Shown here: piece after piece, positions 45,304 through 55,589 of the stretch
Numbering within the stretch: position 1 is the first letter of the stretch
Layout of the letters: each line of letters opens with the position of its first letter
IMG/VR virus record: IMGVR_UViG_3300027686_001029
DNA from: a virus
DNA: 64,000 bases
Direction: 5' to 3' (one strand)
Notes under the pieces: model-generated
What the model was told of the DNA's origin: nothing
The model's input: only the letters and a program-made list of their open reading frames with translations
Database searches by the model: none
Position numbers and translations under genes: made by a program

Positions 45304-48300
45304 TTATTCTATTACGATATTAGGTAGTTCAATAGGCGGTACTCTACTCTGTGTTAATGTTACCGGTCTATCCTTTTTACGGTACATTTCATGTATTGTA
45401 GGTTTAGTAATTACTTTGTCTACTTCTACTGAGGTTATATTACCCTGAAGTTCAATAGTATCTTGAAAACTTAAATCTCCGTGTTCATTATCTCTTTCCC
45501 ATTTAAGTATATCTTCCATTTTAGGAGTTTGTCCTTTATGTTTAAACTTATGATATAGGTTAAATTTAAATGTACCGTCTGATTCTACTCTAACTTCCAT
45601 ACTACTTGCATAATTTGTTGCAATACTCCCCCAAGACATAATATCTTTTTCTGGTTCAAAATTTATTACCAGTTCAAAAGAGTTAAATATTCGGTAAAGA
45701 CCATATATAACTGAAAAGTATTCATTAGAAAGGTAAAGACTCTGAGCTGAGTATGATGGAACTTCTTTAATAAGAGCAAAATTTAAGTTATCCTCTTGGG
45801 GAATATAATCTGGATGTTCAAAGTTTCCTAAGGTCTTAAAGGTGTAGCAATCTTGGATATCACCATGCCTTTGAGAATTACTTACTTTGCTTTCAGTAAA
45901 TGCATTGAGGATTTCCATCCAGATATGAAACATTTTAACTCTTATAAATCTTGTCATCTTAGTATTACGGTAACCTGTGGTATACCAATCCCCTAAAAAT
46001 TGATTATCCCATACTTTCTCTTTCCAAGCTATATCGTAAATTGCAAACCTTTCCTGTAAGTCACTTAAAGCACTTGGGCCACATCCCATACCAGGTGATA
46101 GTTCATGTATACTGTTTCTTGTATTATATATTAGTATATTACTATGGTAGTAGTCAATGTACTCCTCTGTTGGGAAACCAATTAACCAGTTTACATGTGT
46201 AAATATAGTGCCGGTATTGTAAGTATCCCTAAGGTTATTTTCTATTTCCCATATTTGTATTTTCTTACGCATATCGTTTAAGACCTTCTGGCTGCCTGAT
46301 TCTACTCCGTAGCTAAGTGCTGTACATCCAGATTTTGCTACCGTATCTAAAAACTCTTTATCCATTCTACCGTCACATCTGCTATAGCTATTCCACCCTA
46401 TATTTAAATTATTAGCTATAATAAGATCGACTAACTGTCTAAAACTTTTAATATTTCCATTAACAAGACTGTCGACGAACCAAAAACGTTTAACACCGTA
46501 GTTCTCTACGTGGTGTTTCATTTCTTCAACTGTACGTTCTGGTGCCATTGATCTAAATTTCCAGAAATAAGTCTCTGCGCAGAAGCTACATTGAGCAACG
46601 CATCCTCTTGAGGTTTCTATGCTAATACCGTCTTGATGTAGGTATGAAGTAAGGTCATAATCTTGAAAATCAGCATAAGCTTGATCATCAAGGCTTAGTC
46701 TACTATCTGTGCTACCTATAGTTTTACCCATTAGTGGAAGGGTCTCTTTAAATACTTCATTATCTAAAAATTCTAAGAAACTTTCTTCTGATTCTCCTTT
46801 AAAGAAGTAACTAACGTACTTAGCAAATTGAGTTTTCATCATGTTCTCTTCTGTGGCTACTGCGGGTCCTCCTGCTATAATAATGACGTCTGGGTCTAAT
46901 TCTTTTAATTTTTCTATTAGTACTAAACTAGCATTGGCATTAGTAGTATATAGACTAAGGCCTATCATAGTAGGTTTATCAGAAAGCATTTTAACTGCTG
47001 CTGCGTGTAGGTACTCCTCAATTTCTTTTAATAGGTATTCATTAAAAAACCATTTGTCTTCCCAAAAGAAAAACTTCTCTGAAGCCCAGTAGTCTTGACC
47101 TGTTCTTTTGAGTAAGTTATGATATAACTGTACATTTAAGTCATATACCTTACATGCATACCCTCCTTTTCTTGCAGCTCCTACAATTTTAGAGAGTCCA
47201 TATGGAGGAAAAATTACTCCCCAGGATGGGCAGATTGTAAAGACTAACCTTTCTTTACCGTTGCTTGGAGTAAAATCTCTGAGAGCTACAGGTTCTTCAA
47301 AATCGTGGTACTTTACATTACCGGGACGTCCAATATGAGCTGATGCATGCCCTAGAGAATCTTTTTTCTCTTTATCAACCTTCATTATGTGTTTAACTAT
47401 AAGTTGATCCCTGTCTCCAGATAAATTTTCTAAAGCATTTGTTCTTTTTAGTTCGTTTTCATCAAAGACTGGTTCATCTAGATATTCAGATTCGGGAGTA
47501 AACCCTGTTAATATTGTATCATGTGGTAGATGTCTTTGTAGTATATAGAAACTTTCTTTTAATTTTTTTCTTGTTACAAAGGTATTAGTAAAATCTGTAG
47601 CATAAATATTAGAAATATTAATAAATGCATTTTTACTTTCAATCTTACTAGTTAATTCTGTCGGGTCGTTAATTAGGTCGATCGTAGTAAATTCAACATT
47701 TGCTGCCCTAAAGGCTTTAAGGTACTCTACTGTCTTCTCTATACCTCCAAAATGTTTATAACTTTCGTTAATGTTATTATGGAAATCCTCAGTGAATGTT
47801 TCTTCTGGTAAGTATGCGAATACTTTCTTACCTGATATTTGAAATTGAGACCTATGTTCAAAAGTTCTAATTAGTTCCTCTATATCTGTTTCAGTAGAAT
47901 TCTTTATTAATTTAATCCATTCTAAACTTTTACTGTTAAAATCGTAGATAATTAATTTTCCGTTTTCCCTTAAGAGGTTACTTTTAAATGGTTCTAAAAA
48001 TTTTAATCCTGCTGCTGGAAGTACAATGGTATTGTAAGTCCTATCTGGATGTTTATCAGATAGTACCATATTCTCTGAGTTTGTTAACCAGATTTGATCT
48101 TTAACATTAGACCCTAGAGCAAGAAGTTTTCTCTGGTTGATATTAAGTGAAGGATCTGTAGTCTTATTATTTAAGCATTCTAAAAATTTATCTGAATTGC
48201 TTTCAGGGTAGTAGTACGTTCTTTTATTTCTTATTTTTTGGGACCAATTCAGTACGTCAAAGTTATTTTTTATACTCTCACTCAGGATATTCCATCCCTG

Positions 48301-48840
48301 TTTGGAATGGGACTGTTTTTCTTCTTTACCTGTTCCCTTGATCCACAGAGGAGTGTAGTCGTCATGAAAATTCTCTACACTTCTTTGTATAACAGGAAGT
48401 ATACTGCTGTTCATACCCCATCCTCCGTAAAGAGGTTTATTACTTTTAGACCAATTCTCTGTATTAACTAACACAAATTGATGGTGTATTTCATACCAAT
48501 GCTCTTTCCACTCTAAGATATGGCCTGCAACCATATAATTTGGATTATTGTTTATTTCATTATTTATATCAAATATTATAGTACTATCAAAAATTCTTGC
48601 TCCTGCTGCTATAAATAAGATATGGTCATACTTTTCATGTAGTCTCTGGAGTCCTATATCAATGCTTTGGTGAATTTCAATTTTAAAGGGAGTACTACAA
48701 ATTGTATTCAGTCTTTGGATATAGAACTTAGTAAAATCAACCATTTTATCAGCTAGATCAAAATTAGTTAATGTATCTGCAGGGAAGATACAAATTCCTA
48801 TCTTGTTTGTGTTTTCAAATGTATCTTTAATATAGTCCAT
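45304..48840 (-). CDS. Multidomain cobalamin-binding radical SAM protein, 1178 aa
   Basis: C-terminal half: DLN, IGLSLY, IAGGP (B12 domain), ETSRGCVAQCSFC, FVDSLVNG, GVESGS, LIGFPTE; about 470-aa uncharacterised N-terminal extension. Confidence 0.85.
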   Translation of the reverse strand: MDYIKDTFENTNKIGICIFPADTLTNFDLADKMVDFTKFYIQRLNTICSTPFKIEIHQSIDIGLQRLHEKYDHILFIAAGARIFDSTIIFDINNEINNNPNYMVAGHILEWKEHWYEIHHQFVLVNTENWSKSNKPLYGGWGMNSSILPVIQRSVENFHDDYTPLWIKGTGKEEKQSHSKQGWNILSESIKNNFDVLNWSQKIRNKRTYYYPESNSDKFLECLNNKTTDPSLNINQRKLLALGSNVKDQIWLTNSENMVLSDKHPDRTYNTIVLPAAGLKFLEPFKSNLLRENGKLIIYDFNSKSLEWIKLIKNSTETDIEELIRTFEHRSQFQISGKKVFAYLPEETFTEDFHNNINESYKHFGGIEKTVEYLKAFRAANVEFTTIDLINDPTELTSKIESKNAFINISNIYATDFTNTFVTRKKLKESFYILQRHLPHDTILTGFTPESEYLDEPVFDENELKRTNALENLSGDRDQLIVKHIMKVDKEKKDSLGHASAHIGRPGNVKYHDFEEPVALRDFTPSNGKERLVFTICPSWGVIFPPYGLSKIVGAARKGGYACKVYDLNVQLYHNLLKRTGQDYWASEKFFFWEDKWFFNEYLLKEIEEYLHAAAVKMLSDKPTMIGLSLYTTNANASLVLIEKLKELDPDVIIIAGGPAVATEENMMKTQFAKYVSYFFKGESEESFLEFLDNEVFKETLPLMGKTIGSTDSRLSLDDQAYADFQDYDLTSYLHQDGISIETSRGCVAQCSFCAETYFWKFRSMAPERTVEEMKHHVENYGVKRFWFVDSLVNGNIKSFRQLVDLIIANNLNIGWNSYSRCDGRMDKEFLDTVAKSGCTALSYGVESGSQKVLNDMRKKIQIWEIENNLRDTYNTGTIFTHVNWLIGFPTEEYIDYYHSNILIYNTRNSIHELSPGMGCGPSALSDLQERFAIYDIAWKEKVWDNQFLGDWYTTGYRNTKMTRFIRVKMFHIWMEILNAFTESKVSNSQRHGDIQDCYTFKTLGNFEHPDYIPQEDNLNFALIKEVPSYSAQSLYLSNEYFSVIYGLYRIFNSFELVINFEPEKDIMSWGSIATNYASSMEVRVESDGTFKFNLYHKFKHKGQTPKMEDILKWERDNEHGDLSFQDTIELQGNITSVEVDKVITKPTIHEMYRKKDRPVTLTQSRVPPIELPNIVIE

Positions 48841-49504
48841 TGAATGTTGTATTTACAGCTTCTGCCATAATATTAGGATTAACCTCCCCATGGAGTATTA
48901 AGTGTATTCTTTCTTGGTCTGTATTATTATATACTGCGTGTATGTTACCTATATCGGGGAATACACCTCTTCCTTTTTTAAAAGGTACAACTCCATAGTC
49001 TTCAAATACAAACTCACATCCTTCAGGATTGTTTAAAGCAATATTAAAAGGGCCGAATATTCTAGTTTTACCGTCTTTATGTGGCATAATGTATCCTCCT
49101 GGTGCTAATTTCATTAACCTTACTCTTTCGTATGTTATAAAATTTAAGTTTTTAATAAACTGTGTTATTTTTGGTACATATTTACAGACATCTGTCCAAG
49201 TATAATTTGCCTCCTCTATACTTTTAAATCCATATCTATCATAGTTCTCAGTTTTATCATAAGATATACCGTGTAGTGTACAAGATTCCCAACCTTGATG
49301 TGAGTAAGAACCTTTTGAATCTTTTGCTCTATGGCTTGTCCAGAATTTACTAGGTAGCTCTATTGCTTCCTTTTCTAAAACATCAAAGTCATCTTTGAAA
49401 TCTAAAAAAGCATAGGGCCAGTCTGATTCCCATACATTATTAGGTATATGTTCAGGTCTCCATATTTTTGTATGGTTTTCAGTGTAGAATTTACTTCGGA
49501 TCAT
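48827..49504 (-). CDS. 2OG-Fe(II) oxygenase, aspartyl/asparaginyl beta-hydroxylase-like
   Basis: RVRLMKLAPGGYIMPHKD (HxD), HAVYN, RIHLILHG. Confidence 0.85.
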   Translation of the reverse strand: MIRSKFYTENHTKIWRPEHIPNNVWESDWPYAFLDFKDDFDVLEKEAIELPSKFWTSHRAKDSKGSYSHQGWESCTLHGISYDKTENYDRYGFKSIEEANYTWTDVCKYVPKITQFIKNLNFITYERVRLMKLAPGGYIMPHKDGKTRIFGPFNIALNNPEGCEFVFEDYGVVPFKKGRGVFPDIGNIHAVYNNTDQERIHLILHGEVNPNIMAEAVNTTFNGLY

Positions 49505-50522
49505 ATAAGTTAATTTGTTTAATACCGGTTACTTTAGTCCAAACCTCTTTGTTCCATTTTGTTTTAATATTTTCACTATCATCTAAAGCCGGGTAAGAGG
49601 GGCCTACAGGTAAATGCCATTTTTTAATATCTGGTTCATAATCGGTAAAGGTATTATCTAATATAATACGGCCTAACTTATATCTACCTAAAGATAATTT
49701 ATAATAGTCTTCAATTGGTACTTTATCCTGTACTGATGGTTTTAATGTGAGGTACCATGTATAAAAACTCTCTCTTATAGAGTCCGACATATCTGGGCCA
49801 AAGTTTAACCAAGTCTCTGGAGCGAATCTTTCTTGAATTCTTATTTCATCTCGATCAATAACATCCCAGTCGTTTTCAGGTGCTACTGATAAGTAGTCTT
49901 TACCTAATGTGTTGTAACCTGTATAGAGTCCTCCCCATTCGAAACTATCACCTAAAAATAACTTATCTAGTAGGGTAACTGGTTCAAACTTACCTACTGG
50001 TAAAAAATCATATATGCAACTAAAGTTAGGAAATTTATGTTCATCACTATGAATAGCTGTTTCAATCATATGAATAAACTCATTTAAATTAAGAAAAGCT
50101 TCGTGTAGTTCCATACTCCAGTAGTAGTAGACTCCACTAACTTCATCTTTGCCTTTTTCTTGTAGTTCCTCTATCCTATCTCCGTATACCTCAAACTCTT
50201 CATGTAAAAAGTTTAAAACCGTATTATCCAGTTCTTCTACGTTTGTAAATATAGGTAATTTACTATCGTATTCTGAATTTAGAGTTGTGTAGTTCTTATT
50301 AATGAATACTAGTATTTCATTAATTTTTTCCATTAGTTTACCTATATTATCAAAATCGTTATTGGTAATTCTAGTTTTTATTTCTAAATCTTCCTCTAAT
50401 GATTCTTGAGTCATTTTAAACCATCTATCCACAATAGGGTTATTTGGGAATAGGTAGTATGATAATATTAATGGAGAATTATCTTCGGTTTTAAATTTTA
50501 TTTTTATAATCCTATTTGGCAT
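49491..50522 (-). CDS. Hypothetical protein
   Basis: Long ORF in island operon. Confidence 0.7.
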   Translation of the reverse strand: MPNRIIKIKFKTEDNSPLILSYYLFPNNPIVDRWFKMTQESLEEDLEIKTRITNNDFDNIGKLMEKINEILVFINKNYTTLNSEYDSKLPIFTNVEELDNTVLNFLHEEFEVYGDRIEELQEKGKDEVSGVYYYWSMELHEAFLNLNEFIHMIETAIHSDEHKFPNFSCIYDFLPVGKFEPVTLLDKLFLGDSFEWGGLYTGYNTLGKDYLSVAPENDWDVIDRDEIRIQERFAPETWLNFGPDMSDSIRESFYTWYLTLKPSVQDKVPIEDYYKLSLGRYKLGRIILDNTFTDYEPDIKKWHLPVGPSYPALDDSENIKTKWNKEVWTKVTGIKQINLYDPK

Positions 50523-50533
50523 AACTTTTAATT

Positions 50534-51523
50534 TTATTTAAGTTCTGAATGAAGTTTTGATTTTGAAATAAACATATCTGTAGCACAATGGCATATGTCT
50601 ACATTACAGGTGACAGCTTTAGTTGGCCATTGGACCTCTTGAGGGTTATCTAAATGACCTATGATGCCACCTACTATACAGTTTCCTCGTTCTATATGAC
50701 CAGTAGTACCTATAAAAAGACTTTCTAGACCTATATTACATTTCCAGCCATTAAAGTTTGTAAGTCCTTGATTTATCCATTCAACAGGACTAATATTATC
50801 AGTATCATAAGCTGTATCATTTTCATCAATTAAAAGAGCTTTCATCGCTGGACTAGAATCTACCTGAGTTTCCATTCTTCCAAACTGACTGCTTTTAATA
50901 TCTCCAAACCATTCTAACTGCTCCGGTGAGTAATCAAAAGCATATTTAGCTACCCCTTTATATGGAGTAACTTTTACACTTTCATAAGAAATTGTAGGGT
51001 TTTTTGATAATCTTTTAATAAGAGCTTTTGATTTATCCCACAGTTTAGGGTCTGCATGCATCATAACTCTAACGGGTGAAGTACTTATAGGGTTTGTAGT
51101 TAATACTTTTTCTATAAATTCTTGATCGTTAGTATACTCCGGATGGTAAGAGTAAGCAATATAATTTAAGTCATGTGCTATTTTTTCCATATACTTAACG
51201 GGTTTTACTCCGTTAGTGGTTATACCCACGGTGTTTCCTGAGTCTTTAATCATTCGAATAAATTCTGGAAAGAAAGGAGACATGGTTGGTTCTCCTCCGG
51301 AAACACTCCAATGTGAAGATTTATACCTGTTTATTACCGTCCGAATAAACTCTTTAGCATTTAGCCAATCGTAGTTATGGTTAGTCCCTGCATAAAGTGA
51401 TGGAAGGCAGTAGGTACATGCATTACTACATATATTATTCATCACCCAAGTGACCTGGAGGGTGCTAGGTTCTAAATTAACAATCTTCTTAAGGGGCTGT
51501 AATGCTGATTCTGTGCTTTTCAT
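50534..51523 (-). CDS. Radical SAM protein with C-terminal Cys-rich auxiliary domain
   Basis: CSNACTYC, SGGEPT, TTNG; C-terminal CNIG...GNC...C..ICHC. Confidence 0.88.
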   Translation of the reverse strand: MKSTESALQPLKKIVNLEPSTLQVTWVMNNICSNACTYCLPSLYAGTNHNYDWLNAKEFIRTVINRYKSSHWSVSGGEPTMSPFFPEFIRMIKDSGNTVGITTNGVKPVKYMEKIAHDLNYIAYSYHPEYTNDQEFIEKVLTTNPISTSPVRVMMHADPKLWDKSKALIKRLSKNPTISYESVKVTPYKGVAKYAFDYSPEQLEWFGDIKSSQFGRMETQVDSSPAMKALLIDENDTAYDTDNISPVEWINQGLTNFNGWKCNIGLESLFIGTTGHIERGNCIVGGIIGHLDNPQEVQWPTKAVTCNVDICHCATDMFISKSKLHSELK

Positions 51524-51533
51524 ATATTATATA

Positions 51534-52841
51534 TTAAGACTGTGGGCCGTGATCAACTTCTCTTCTTGCATCTTTAAATATTCCCATATCATCTAATTCT
51601 TTAAATGCTTCTTTTCTATTTAAATTTCTTAATTTATCTATATTTTCCAAGTAGTCATTAAATTGATTTAATAAGTGAGAATGGTCTTCCTCATTCATTA
51701 AAGCACAAAGTCCTTTTATACTATCTAAATTAATCCTATCTCCATAATCTAAGATAAAATTTTCTAATTTCCTAGTAATTTGTCTTTTTACTCTAGGAGG
51801 AAATATTTTTGGAGATAAGTATTGAGGGTAATGTAGTATACCTGTATGTATAATATCAGCTATATTATCTTTACTTTTGTAATCTGCGATCCTCGGTAAA
51901 TCCATATCTAAAAGCCACTTAACAAACTCTGGTATATAGTATATATTTAAAGCTTGGACTGTGTATAATACTTTAAAGTGTATATTAGGTGGTGCATTAT
52001 CATTATACTTCTTTAAGTTGCCCACTACGGTATCATGTAATGATGGGTACCTAACATATTTGTTAATTCTATCAATACCGTCAAAAGATAGAAATAAGTC
52101 TACCCTTTTAAAATGTTTCCATAGCTCTAATAATTCAGTATCGTAAATAGTTCCGTTAGTATGGTAATTTACTTTAATATTTTTAGCTGTTCCTCTCTTT
52201 ACTAACTCTTTTATAATAGCTTTATGTTCTTTTATAAGTAGGGGTTCACCTCCAGCAAAAATCATCTGTCTCATTTCCCCACTTGCTTCGTAGAAACTTT
52301 CTAAAAACTTTGGATTTTTATACCATTCAAAAGAATCTCTATCTACTTTTTCTTTCGATTGCCATTCGTATTTAGCTCCGGTTTTAAGTGTACCCGATAA
52401 TATTTGTGCTTCTTTATACCATTTACTACTATCTTGAGGTCTACACATTACACACGCTAGGTTACATGTATTTCCTAATCTAAAATCAACTGTATATACA
52501 TCGTTATCTATACTGCCGTCTTCTTTTGTATCCTCTATTAAAGAATCTATGTGCTCCTGGCCAAGTGTGTCTCGCCAAAACCTATTTTCATGTAATCTAT
52601 GACTTCTAAGTCCTGCTGCTTCTTCTTTATAGCATGCAGTACATGCGTGGAATTGCTTTCCTTCCTGTAGAGCTAATCGTGCGTCTTTAAAGTAGTCTGA
52701 GTTTCTAACTTCATCTACTGTCTGTGTATTAAGGTTTGTTTTCTCTCCACCGGGTTTAGCAATACAGCATAGCAGACCAGTACCATCGGTATAGGTAGCT
52801 AAATGAACCCAGGGGAGTATACAAAATGTTTGGTTTTTCAT
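51534..52841 (-). CDS. Radical SAM protein, N-terminal twitch-like domain
   Basis: FCILPW..CC..CTAC, CNLACVMC, AGGEPL, HTNGT, SFDG. Confidence 0.9.
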   Translation of the reverse strand: MKNQTFCILPWVHLATYTDGTGLLCCIAKPGGEKTNLNTQTVDEVRNSDYFKDARLALQEGKQFHACTACYKEEAAGLRSHRLHENRFWRDTLGQEHIDSLIEDTKEDGSIDNDVYTVDFRLGNTCNLACVMCRPQDSSKWYKEAQILSGTLKTGAKYEWQSKEKVDRDSFEWYKNPKFLESFYEASGEMRQMIFAGGEPLLIKEHKAIIKELVKRGTAKNIKVNYHTNGTIYDTELLELWKHFKRVDLFLSFDGIDRINKYVRYPSLHDTVVGNLKKYNDNAPPNIHFKVLYTVQALNIYYIPEFVKWLLDMDLPRIADYKSKDNIADIIHTGILHYPQYLSPKIFPPRVKRQITRKLENFILDYGDRINLDSIKGLCALMNEEDHSHLLNQFNDYLENIDKLRNLNRKEAFKELDDMGIFKDARREVDHGPQS

Positions 52842-54157
52842 TACAGGACGCTTTTTACGTAATTTTTTTCTAAGTATGATGACAATTCAGGACATGCATC
52901 CGAAAATTTCTGTTTCCTGTGGTTATCTAGTGACTTAGTATATTTTAAAAACATATTAATTTTTTCTTTATTATGATCTCCTTGCTTTCCGAGAATATTT
53001 AGTGCTGTCTGTATACCTGCTTTAGTAGACCCGTGCATGTGAGTTTGATCTATTTTGTCCCATATATTCCATAACTTATCTCTAGCTTGCTTTCTTATTT
53101 CATAAGGAAGTATTTGTACATCTAGAATAGTAGGGTGAGTATTTAAAAGTACATCAATAAATACTTCTCTATGGTAGTTATATTTAACTTCTTCAACATA
53201 TTTAACTACCTCTCCAATATTAAAAATATTATATGTCTGTAGTACAGGTGTAGCACCTAAATTTACATTAGGTAGTTTAGCATATTTTTCAAATACAGCT
53301 GATACTGCTGACCATTTAGCAGGGTATCTAATGTAGTCATTCATTGCTCCGTGGCCGTCTAAGCTACCGTTTATATCTACTTTATCAAATTGAGATATAT
53401 AACTCAAGAACTTTTTATTCAAATTAGTACAGTTAGTATTAAAAAATAAGTGAATATCTTTTCTATCACGATCCAAAGCATACTTTAAAAATTCAGTATT
53501 ACCTTTTATCATAGTTGGTTCTCCACCTGTAAAGTAAACCTTTTTTAAATCAGGAATATAAGAAATAATATCTGACCAAAATAAATCTGCTTCAAACCAT
53601 TCTGATCTTTTTGCTATTTCTGGTGCTTTATTATTGTAGTCAAATTTAATAGCTTCTTGATAGTCTTCATCCTTATCCCAGAGTTCATACTGTTCTTTTT
53701 CTATCTGCGAAGAATTATAAGGGTTACACATTCTACATTTAAGATTACATAGAGTACCTAATTTCAAATCTAAGTAAACTGGATTATCAAATAAGTTATA
53801 GTTGTTCTCTATAGCTTGCTGCACTAATTTCCTCATCTGAGGTCTTCCTAGTTTGCCAAGCCATTCATCAGTCATATTCTGTCTAAATGATCTTTCTCCT
53901 ACTTTTTCCTGGTAGTAGCAATGAGAACATCCTTCGTGTTCTTCGCCGTTAATTAACTTCTCTCGAACATCTCTAAAAGTTTGTTCATTCCATACTTGTT
54001 TTGGTGATTTTTTATCTAAAAAAACCTGTTTATCATCCTTATCTTTAATAGTGCCTCTCTGTATACAGCAGAACCTATAAGCTCCATCAGCGGCGGTTGT
54101 TAGGTTTACGAAAGGCATTGCACAAAACGTTTCAGAACCAAAATAACTTTTCTTCAT
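52841..54157 (-). CDS. Radical SAM protein, N-terminal twitch-like domain
   Basis: FCAMPF..CC..CSHC, CNLKCRMC, TGGEPT, NTN, SLDG. Confidence 0.9.
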   Translation of the reverse strand: MKKSYFGSETFCAMPFVNLTTAADGAYRFCCIQRGTIKDKDDKQVFLDKKSPKQVWNEQTFRDVREKLINGEEHEGCSHCYYQEKVGERSFRQNMTDEWLGKLGRPQMRKLVQQAIENNYNLFDNPVYLDLKLGTLCNLKCRMCNPYNSSQIEKEQYELWDKDEDYQEAIKFDYNNKAPEIAKRSEWFEADLFWSDIISYIPDLKKVYFTGGEPTMIKGNTEFLKYALDRDRKDIHLFFNTNCTNLNKKFLSYISQFDKVDINGSLDGHGAMNDYIRYPAKWSAVSAVFEKYAKLPNVNLGATPVLQTYNIFNIGEVVKYVEEVKYNYHREVFIDVLLNTHPTILDVQILPYEIRKQARDKLWNIWDKIDQTHMHGSTKAGIQTALNILGKQGDHNKEKINMFLKYTKSLDNHRKQKFSDACPELSSYLEKNYVKSVL

Positions 54158-54173
54158 ATTAATAAATATCCTC

Positions 54174-55589
54174 TTAAAATTTAATGTTTAACATCTTAGC
54201 CCAAGGTGTTAATTTTTCTTCGTTTATGAATTCATATTTTAGCTGTTTAATACCGTCGCCCTTATAATTTATTTTACCTTGCTGCATTTCAAGTACATAC
54301 CTACGTTCATTAGCTGCTGATGTATCTCCTTTTTTAAATTTACCGTCCACTATACCTTCATCATCATGAGGTAAACATCTCATTTTACCATCTTTTCTAT
54401 AAGGTAGTATAGAGTTAGGTACTTTTATATCCTCTTTTTTTAATTCAGCATTAAATACTTCTACGTCTTTTAGTCCTTCAGAGAAATCATAATCTAATAT
54501 TAAATTATTTTCAGGTTTTATTTTATGTATGTTTTGTACCTCTTCTGGGGTTAGTGCTCGGTTCCAGGCAAATACTTTTGCTATATCTCCTTTAAAGTAC
54601 TTGTACGTACTATCCTCAGGTTGAGAAGGAGATGTACCTAAATAGAAATTATTTGATCCGTAGCTTTTAAGTTTACCGTCGTATTTAAAAGGAGAATGAC
54701 TTCCCTGTCCTGCTCTTGCATCGATTTCACTACCGTTTAAGTAAAAATGAGACATACGAGTTTCATCGTCTATAACTGCAGTAACCCAACTCCAATGTTT
54801 ATCGTACCTTTTTACCCACATGTAATTATGTTTATTAAAAGAATTCCAATATGTTAAAGTTACAGCTTTAGAGTTATTAAACGAAATACCATAGTCATAC
54901 CCCGGCAGTCTAAATATAGGGTATTCTATATAGTTAGCTTTACTATCTCCTATGAGAAAAACTTTATTTTTAACAGGTTGTTGAAAACTTCTAACAAGTA
55001 CAGAAATTGTATGAGCTTTAGAGGTTAGTCCTTTATGCTCTCTTTTATAAGGTATTTTTGCGTAACTATTTTCTCCTGTGAATGAAAGATATGAGTTACC
55101 CTTTAAGTCTGCATCTAACCAGGTATCATTAGTAAGACCTTCTAGATGACATCTCCAAAACAAATCATCATCTTCCATACCCCAGTCCCAATATCCGTTA
55201 GAATATCCGTTAGTAGCTTCTAAATGTTCTTTTGTAAAAATTACTGCTCCTCCAAAATATTCATGGTACTTTAATTTATATCCCATTTGAGATATCTTAG
55301 TAGCTATATGTCTAGGTCCTTCTGTAGGGTAAGAATAATCAGCTCCTTCTTCTGGTATCATATCTATATCGTGGAAAACTACATAATCACACCCGTCTTC
55401 TATAGCATGCTTAGCAGCTATATTCTTAGTAGCTCCTCTATTAAAAAGTTTATCATCTACCTGATGACAGAAGTACATCTGAAACTCTATTCCCTGTTCT
55501 TTTAAGTACTTTCCTACTTTAGGTACAAACTCATTAAGGTGTAGCTCTCTATTTCTGTATGGTACACAAACTCCTAACTTATGTTTCAT
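54174..55589 (-). CDS. GT7-like galactosyltransferase with inserted LamG/ConA-like domain
   Basis: VPYRNR, FNRG, FHDIDM, YFGG, GYW.WG.EDDDL, then a LamG-like segment (F.G.....I....W..V...YLNG...FKGDIA.V.AWNRAL), then the GT7 C-terminal H..N..DG...Y. Confidence 0.8.
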   Translation of the reverse strand: MKHKLGVCVPYRNRELHLNEFVPKVGKYLKEQGIEFQMYFCHQVDDKLFNRGATKNIAAKHAIEDGCDYVVFHDIDMIPEEGADYSYPTEGPRHIATKISQMGYKLKYHEYFGGAVIFTKEHLEATNGYSNGYWDWGMEDDDLFWRCHLEGLTNDTWLDADLKGNSYLSFTGENSYAKIPYKREHKGLTSKAHTISVLVRSFQQPVKNKVFLIGDSKANYIEYPIFRLPGYDYGISFNNSKAVTLTYWNSFNKHNYMWVKRYDKHWSWVTAVIDDETRMSHFYLNGSEIDARAGQGSHSPFKYDGKLKSYGSNNFYLGTSPSQPEDSTYKYFKGDIAKVFAWNRALTPEEVQNIHKIKPENNLILDYDFSEGLKDVEVFNAELKKEDIKVPNSILPYRKDGKMRCLPHDDEGIVDGKFKKGDTSAANERRYVLEMQQGKINYKGDGIKQLKYEFINEEKLTPWAKMLNIKF

